From a virus (Duplodnaviria; Caudoviricetes), in the IMG/VR virus record IMGVR_UViG_3300032225_001850, positions 1 through 31,806 of that record: 31,806 nt of DNA. One strand, 5' to 3'. Shown here in pieces: positions 26,312 through 31,806 of the stretch. Positions within the stretch are counted from its first letter, which is position 1, and the number at the start of each line of letters is the position of its first letter. The translations under genes were made by a program, and so were the position numbers. The notes below the pieces were generated by a model that was given only the letters and a program-made list of their open reading frames with translations, searched no databases and had not been told where the DNA came from.

Positions 26312-28707
26312 TATTCACCAATTCCTAATTTTTTCAACACATCTGGTGCCAGCGGATCATTTGGATGAGCCTTGACCCATTCATATGCTTCTTTGTTTTT
26401 CTTGACATCGTCGCCCAACATATACTTGACTTCGGGTTCTTTACCTGCAAGTATGCGTTGACGGTTGACACCTTTCTTGACTGTGTCCTCAAGTATCTTG
26501 GCATTACGGCGGAATTCTTCTTCGCTGATACCAGGATCACTTAGAGCGGCACGGGCCTGTGTGGCCGCTTGTCCTTCTTTGTCACTGATGGCACCTGCAC
26601 CACGCAACTGTGCAAACGCATCTAGGAACTCTTGTCCCATCAATTGCTTGTATTTGCTCTGCCAATCTCTTGCGGCTGTGCCAGGCAATTGTAGTATGCC
26701 AGTGATGCCAGGAACACCCACATTGGTTTCAAAACCTTTGTGTTTGACTACATCAGTAATGGTTGTAAGGATGTTGTCAGCCTGTGCTTGATACTGTGGC
26801 AAGGCCAATTTGGTTTTGGCATTGCCTTCGGCAATGTCATTGGCTTCTTTTTGCCAAGTGGCCAAGCGTGCCTTGTAAGCACTGTATGGTTCATTTGGTC
26901 CTTGCACTGGAGCACCACCTGCGGTAGGTTGTGTGCTGAGTGTAGGAGTAGCTCCTGGGGCTGTTTGTGTTTGTGCAACTGGTGCGGCAGGATTAACTGG
27001 ACCGCCCTGTGCTGGTGCTGTGGCAACACCAGGTTGAACTGCACCTGGAGCAACTGCACCACCTGTGGGAGCAACTGCTCCGCCCTGTGTTGGTGTGGCT
27101 ACAGCGGCACCAGCTCTACCTGGCAATGGTGCTTGTTGCACACCTGTTTCAGCGGCTTGTTTACCTTGTTGTCCAGCACCTGATCTAGCATAGGCCGCGG
27201 CGGCCTGTTGTTCAATTGGACCAGCTGTAGACATCTTGACCAATTTGTTTTGTTCTTCTGGACTTGCGGTGCGTCCTGTATTGGCTTCTACAAAACGGCC
27301 ACCATATGGAGTCTTGACATAACTGAAGCGAGCACCTGATGGATTCATTGGGTCATAATATACTTCAGCTGTGGTTTCTGTTTTGCTACTGCCAACACCA
27401 CTGGCGGCAAATTTGGCCAATGCATCACTGGATAATTTTGTGCCTTTTTCGTCGTAACCATCTATGGCCAAACCATTACCATCATAATTGATAACGGCAC
27501 GCTCACCACCAGGTCCTACTGTAGGAACCCACTTGTTGTCAGCTCCTAATTTTTGTTGTTCTTGTTTGGCCAAATCATTTAGACCAAAGCGTTGGAATAG
27601 ATAGGCCTTGATGTAACTGCCTTCATCTCCTTGTTTTTTGATCAATCTAGCTAGATCATTTGTGTTGCCTGATTGCACAGCTTTGTCTATATCTGTGGTA
27701 GCTTTGATTGCGGCACGCTCAGAAGTCAATTGTTTATAGTGTTGATCAGCGGCGGCTTTACGAATGTATTCTGGAGCTGTTGTATCTCTACTTAATTCAT
27801 ACATTGCGGCTGGATCTCGTTGTGCAGATAGGAATTTGTCTTCGTAGTTTGGATTTGCGGCAGGAGCGGCCAAACTTGTTTTTTGCATGGTTGGCTGTCC
27901 GGGAGCTACACTGCCCATACGGCTTTCAGCAATTTGACGCAATTTGGCTTCACCGCCATTGGCGGCCGCGGCTTCTGGACTTAGATATCCTGAATCTAAA
28001 TATTTCTTAGCACCACTGGCACCCAACAGGTGACTTAATCTTAAATTACTTTCGTTTGGTTCAACACCTTGTGCTTTAAGTTGATTGGCGTAGACACCGC
28101 GTAGAGTTTCATTGGCCTGACCTTGTTCTTCTGGAGTTAAACTTGTAATAGGACGATTGGCAAAAGCAGGATTAGCCGCTTGTATATCTCGGTATGCAGG
28201 AGCGGTAATACCATAAGTGCCATAAGCACTACTCTTGGCAGGATTGTGATAACCAATGTTGGGATTAGCACCAGACTCTTGTCCAGCGATGTATTGATTA
28301 TAGCCCGTGGGCTGTGCCGGAGCTGAAACAGTTTGAGCCACAGGTGGTGCCACAGGAGCAACAGGTTGGTGTGCTACCGCAGGGCCAGCTGAATTGGCCA
28401 GGTTCATATATTGATTTGGTTGTGTTTGTGGCACAGGTGCGGCGGCAGGTTTTGGTGCAACTGGAGCAGGGATCTGCGTAGTTACATTGTGTTCTTGACT
28501 GCCATCTGGATAATGATTAACTGTTTGCGTTTTGATAGGTGTTGCGGCTTCTTTGGCCAAACGCTTTTTCTTTTCTTCTTCAGTTTCTGCACCAGGGAAC
28601 GCATCATTAAAACGACCATTTACATAACCCATAGGATCTGTAAAAGGCTGTGTGGCCTGATCCATACGATTCTGAAAATAAGTTCCTACTAAGTCTTCAA
28701 ATGCCAT
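26311..28707 (-). CDS. Ejection/internal virion protein with lytic transglycosylase-like domain
   Basis: IAGQESG, SSAYGTYGI and SHLLGASGA motifs; helical C-terminus with LRGAGAISDKE. Confidence 0.75.
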   Translation of the reverse strand: MAFEDLVGTYFQNRMDQATQPFTDPMGYVNGRFNDAFPGAETEEEKKKRLAKEAATPIKTQTVNHYPDGSQEHNVTTQIPAPVAPKPAAAPVPQTQPNQYMNLANSAGPAVAHQPVAPVAPPVAQTVSAPAQPTGYNQYIAGQESGANPNIGYHNPAKSSAYGTYGITAPAYRDIQAANPAFANRPITSLTPEEQGQANETLRGVYANQLKAQGVEPNESNLRLSHLLGASGAKKYLDSGYLSPEAAAANGGEAKLRQIAESRMGSVAPGQPTMQKTSLAAPAANPNYEDKFLSAQRDPAAMYELSRDTTAPEYIRKAAADQHYKQLTSERAAIKATTDIDKAVQSGNTNDLARLIKKQGDEGSYIKAYLFQRFGLNDLAKQEQQKLGADNKWVPTVGPGGERAVINYDGNGLAIDGYDEKGTKLSSDALAKFAASGVGSSKTETTAEVYYDPMNPSGARFSYVKTPYGGRFVEANTGRTASPEEQNKLVKMSTAGPIEQQAAAAYARSGAGQQGKQAAETGVQQAPLPGRAGAAVATPTQGGAVAPTGGAVAPGAVQPGVATAPAQGGPVNPAAPVAQTQTAPGATPTLSTQPTAGGAPVQGPNEPYSAYKARLATWQKEANDIAEGNAKTKLALPQYQAQADNILTTITDVVKHKGFETNVGVPGITGILQLPGTAARDWQSKYKQLMGQEFLDAFAQLRGAGAISDKEGQAATQARAALSDPGISEEEFRRNAKILEDTVKKGVNRQRILAGKEPEVKYMLGDDVKKNKEAYEWVKAHPNDPLAPDVLKKLGIGE

Positions 28708-28715
28708 AATAGTCC

Positions 28716-29450
28716 TTAGATCTTAATACCAAATTGATTGCTATTTTGGTTTTGTGTAGTAGTGGATCCTTGTGTGCCAGCAAAGTTTGGACTATAACTT
28801 GCACTTGGTGTTCCAAACAGCACACTTGCGTATTGATTATACAATTGCTGTGGTGCCATTGCGGCTGTGAGTTGATTTGCACCAGCGGCTTGTGCACCTG
28901 ATAATCCGGTTTGACCAAGTCCTGCCAAGGTGCTTCCTGCTTGATACTGTTGTGCGGCCATATCTCTTAGGACGCCTGCGGCGGCCGCTTGTTGTTGTGC
29001 CTGTGCGGCACCAGCGGTTTGCCTTTGTGCTAGAGCACTACGAGCACTACCCAATTGTCCTGCACCACCAAACGCGGCCTGTTGACCAGCGATGTTTTGT
29101 GCATATTGTGCCTGTGCAGGCATCAAGGCCGCATTCATTTGGGCCTTTTGATATTCAGGACTTGACAAATTTTGGAGTGCATTGATACCACTAGTCAAGG
29201 CTGATTCACCTGTGCTACCCAACACATTCTGTGCTTGATTGGCAGTGCCAGCATAATTTTGTGCGGCATTGGTTACACCTGGAGCAGATTGATTGTATAA
29301 ATTGGTAGCACCGCCTACCGCTGTGGCATAGCTTGGAGCAATCTGACTGGTAAACAGGCCAGTCTGTGCCGCAATCATTGCGTTTTGTTGTGGGCTTAAT
29401 GATGGTAAGGTTGTGCTTGTTCCACCGCCGCTTGATTTTCCGAAACTCAT
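28716..29450 (-). CDS. Ejection (pilot) protein, P22 gp7-like
   Basis: MSFGKSSGGGTST N-terminus, rich in A/Q/G, GGAGQLGSARS motif; TAAATA at 29470-29475. Confidence 0.7.
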   Translation of the reverse strand: MSFGKSSGGGTSTTLPSLSPQQNAMIAAQTGLFTSQIAPSYATAVGGATNLYNQSAPGVTNAAQNYAGTANQAQNVLGSTGESALTSGINALQNLSSPEYQKAQMNAALMPAQAQYAQNIAGQQAAFGGAGQLGSARSALAQRQTAGAAQAQQQAAAAGVLRDMAAQQYQAGSTLAGLGQTGLSGAQAAGANQLTAAMAPQQLYNQYASVLFGTPSASYSPNFAGTQGSTTTQNQNSNQFGIKI

Positions 29451-29510
29451 TATCTGACTCCTATTGTAGTATTTAGTTGTTGGGTATTATAGCCGGGCTT
29501 ATACATTAGA

Positions 29511-31451
29511 TTATCCCGGATTGAGGGCGTTGGCCGCCGCTGTTAATTGTGCTGATAATTCATCTGGACTTATACTAGTCAATTGATTTGCTGGTGTAAA
29601 TCCTGAATTGTTTACTGTGGGCAACTGTGCTGGTTGTGCCACATAGTTTAGACTGGCTCCCAACTGTTGTGTAGGACTTTGGCCTAGAGCCATTTGTGCG
29701 TTGGTTCCTGGTTGAAATGCTCCTGCGTATCCGGCCACAGGCGGAGGTGCGGTATTCAAATGATTTATACCTGTGTAACGATCTTGTTCTAAAATTGGTT
29801 GTGGATTAAATGTGCCTCCAAAGGCCGCTTGTGATTGTGGATTTGGATAGCCTAGTTCTTCTGGTGTAATTAGGCGACCAAGATTTACAGCATTTGGATT
29901 GCCATATGGTGTAGCGGGTGCCCCATAGGTGTTATTATTATAATTTTCTAAACCAGCAATGCCGGTTGGGCCCGCTACATATCCGTGTTGACCCCAATAG
30001 TATTGATCTGTTCCTGGTGCTTGTGGACCATAGAAACTGCTAGGTTCTATCATACCTGGGTTTTCACCTGGATTAACTAGACCACTACTGTTGTAGGTAG
30101 GAATAGGCATCCACTGTTGATGTGGTATGGTCATGTCTGGCATTTTAGGACCTAAACCTAACATTTGCAATATAGCAGGAGCAAAATAACCTGCGGCTAC
30201 ACCAGCGGCAAGATCTGCGGCACTAAAACCACCCGCGGACAATTCGGCGGCTTGCTCTGCGGTTAAACCCAATTCTGTCAACATTGCATCGGCATTTTCT
30301 GCACCTAATTGCTGACCCAACTGATATTGTGCGTTGTCAGCGTAACCCAGGTTGCTGGCCTTTTCCCATTCAGCGGCATTTTCATAACCGCCTAATTGAC
30401 CTTCGCTGAAGTTGCTGGCATTGGTATAACCTAGGTCAGTGGCCTGTTGGAATTCAGCGGCATTCTCAAAGTTGCCCAGCGTGCCTGCGGCATAGTCTTG
30501 AGCATTGGTATAGCCTAGGTTGGTGGCCATATCATACTGTGTAGCATTAGTAAACCCATTGGTCATTGCTGTGTTGTAGGTATTGGCGTCAGTGAATCCT
30601 TTGCTTAGAGCTTCATTAAATGTGCCAGGATCTGAAAAACCACCATTGGTCATTACTGAATTGTATTCAGCCGCATTGGCAAAACCTGCATTGCTACCAG
30701 CGGTGTATTCAGCCGCATTGGTATAACCTAAATTGCTAGCGGCATTGTATTCGGCCGCGTTGGCAAAACCTGCATCTGTAGCGGCCTGGAATGTGCCAGC
30801 GTCAGTAAATCCTAAACCAGTGGCTGTGTTGTATTCAGCCGCATTGGTAAATCCGTTTAAGGTTGCATTGGCATATTCTGCACCATTGGTAAATCCTGCT
30901 GAAGTAGCATTGGCATATTCTGTAGCATTGGTAAACCCTTGACTCAAAGCTGTGTCATAAGCAGAGGTGCTGGTAAATCCTGCTTCTGTGGCGGCATTAC
31001 TAACACCGCTGGCCACTTCACTAGCATTGTATCCTGCGTTGCTTAATTGTTGTGTTGTAAGTGTGCCTTCTTCAGCACTGGCCAAAAGTTCTGGATCATA
31101 GATACCATAGGCCATAAGTGCCGCGGCACCAATGGTAGCCCACCCTCCTGGAATAGTGTCGTGAACAAAATGATCCACATCTGCCAAAGCACCACCAATT
31201 ACCTGTGGCACTTGTTCTACAACATGTTCAATTGGTTGCAATACTGTTTGATCAACAGTGGCCAATACATCACCTACGCCACCAACCACATCATTAACCA
31301 CATCACCAACGCCTTCGACTACATCTTCAACCCAACTAATTGGACCACCACCGCCACCACCTTCCAAGGTCATACCTGCCTTAAATGGCCCGCGTCCACC
31401 TCTAGGACTAAAAGCCCTGATTGGTAACATTGAATCTAATGTATATCTCAT
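29511..31451 (-). CDS. Virion protein with ~15-aa tandem repeats (putative ejection protein)
   Basis: Start moved to 31451 (ATGA overlap). Contains LEGGGGG, G(F/Y)xNAxEY repeats and two hydrophobic segments. Confidence 0.75.
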   Translation of the reverse strand: MRYTLDSMLPIRAFSPRGGRGPFKAGMTLEGGGGGGPISWVEDVVEGVGDVVNDVVGGVGDVLATVDQTVLQPIEHVVEQVPQVIGGALADVDHFVHDTIPGGWATIGAAALMAYGIYDPELLASAEEGTLTTQQLSNAGYNASEVASGVSNAATEAGFTSTSAYDTALSQGFTNATEYANATSAGFTNGAEYANATLNGFTNAAEYNTATGLGFTDAGTFQAATDAGFANAAEYNAASNLGYTNAAEYTAGSNAGFANAAEYNSVMTNGGFSDPGTFNEALSKGFTDANTYNTAMTNGFTNATQYDMATNLGYTNAQDYAAGTLGNFENAAEFQQATDLGYTNASNFSEGQLGGYENAAEWEKASNLGYADNAQYQLGQQLGAENADAMLTELGLTAEQAAELSAGGFSAADLAAGVAAGYFAPAILQMLGLGPKMPDMTIPHQQWMPIPTYNSSGLVNPGENPGMIEPSSFYGPQAPGTDQYYWGQHGYVAGPTGIAGLENYNNNTYGAPATPYGNPNAVNLGRLITPEELGYPNPQSQAAFGGTFNPQPILEQDRYTGINHLNTAPPPVAGYAGAFQPGTNAQMALGQSPTQQLGASLNYVAQPAQLPTVNNSGFTPANQLTSISPDELSAQLTAAANALNPG

Positions 31452-31806
31452 AATTGACCTTCTACGATAGCGTATTTTTCTTGTAATCCAATGCAACGCC
31501 AAAGCCTTGCAACACTGGGTCTTGAAGCACCTTGAACTCTTGCGGCTCCACGAGCCTTCAACAGGTCAAAAAACTTGCCGCTGGTTTCTTTATTGGTCAC
31601 CAAACGACCACTTAAGGCAGGTATGTAAGCAACTATATCTCTAGGATACTGTTGGAATATCACAGTGGCCACGCCAGTAATACGATCCTTTTCTTCTGCA
31701 ATATACACTGACCAAGCACCGGACTTGGTAGCATTGTATACATCTACAATGGTGTAATCATTGCATTTGCTTTTGATCAAAACTTGATTTAACATTGGGC
31801 CAATGG
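31448..31806 (-). CDS. GNAT-like virion assembly protein (P22 gp14-like position), probably 5'-truncated
   Basis: The frame is open to the window edge. GA..VQG..R.SVARLW...G pattern; precedes the ejection genes. Confidence 0.65.
   Translation of the reverse strand, partial: IGPMLNQVLIKSKCNDYTIVDVYNATKSGAWSVYIAEEKDRITGVATVIFQQYPRDIVAYIPALSGRLVTNKETSGKFFDLLKARGAARVQGASRPSVARLWRCIGLQEKYAIVEGQL

Noticed and set aside
721-28002. TAAATA copies inside genes (for example 722, 1205, 15852, 25292, 27997)
   Set aside because: They are mostly antisense or mid-gene and expected by chance, so they were not counted as promoters.
1-31806. tRNA, integrase/att site, endolysin, alternative genetic code
   Set aside because: None recognised. 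ORFs tile well under the standard code, and lysis genes may lie outside the window.

Overview
Most of a small tailed dsDNA phage genome with podovirus-like, P22/SU10-type morphogenesis genes. On the minus strand it carries a probable TerS, TerL, portal, scaffold, major capsid, head-tail adaptor, long Gly/Asn/Thr-repeat tail fibres, a DUF285/BspA-like repeat protein, ejection/internal virion proteins (one with a lytic-transglycosylase-like domain) and a Dps-like protein. A short plus-strand block (DUF3820-like, HNH-like, GNAT-like, GroES) and a set of early cassettes driven by sigma70-type promoters sit in the middle. Both window ends cut structural genes on the same strand, so the non-structural region (~19.0-24.6 kb) may be complete. 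It shows no recognisable polymerase, primase, helicase, integrase, repressor or sigma factor. Instead, 13 TAAATA hexamers, resembling the core of the T4 late promoter TATAAATA, sit at gene boundaries in front of late genes and three structured non-coding segments, including a ~410-nt RNA-like element with long-range pairing. The main hypothesis (inference) is a helper-dependent phage that builds its own virion but borrows late transcription and replication machinery, possibly using an RNA-based origin. All family assignments come from motif recognition by eye; no searches were run.
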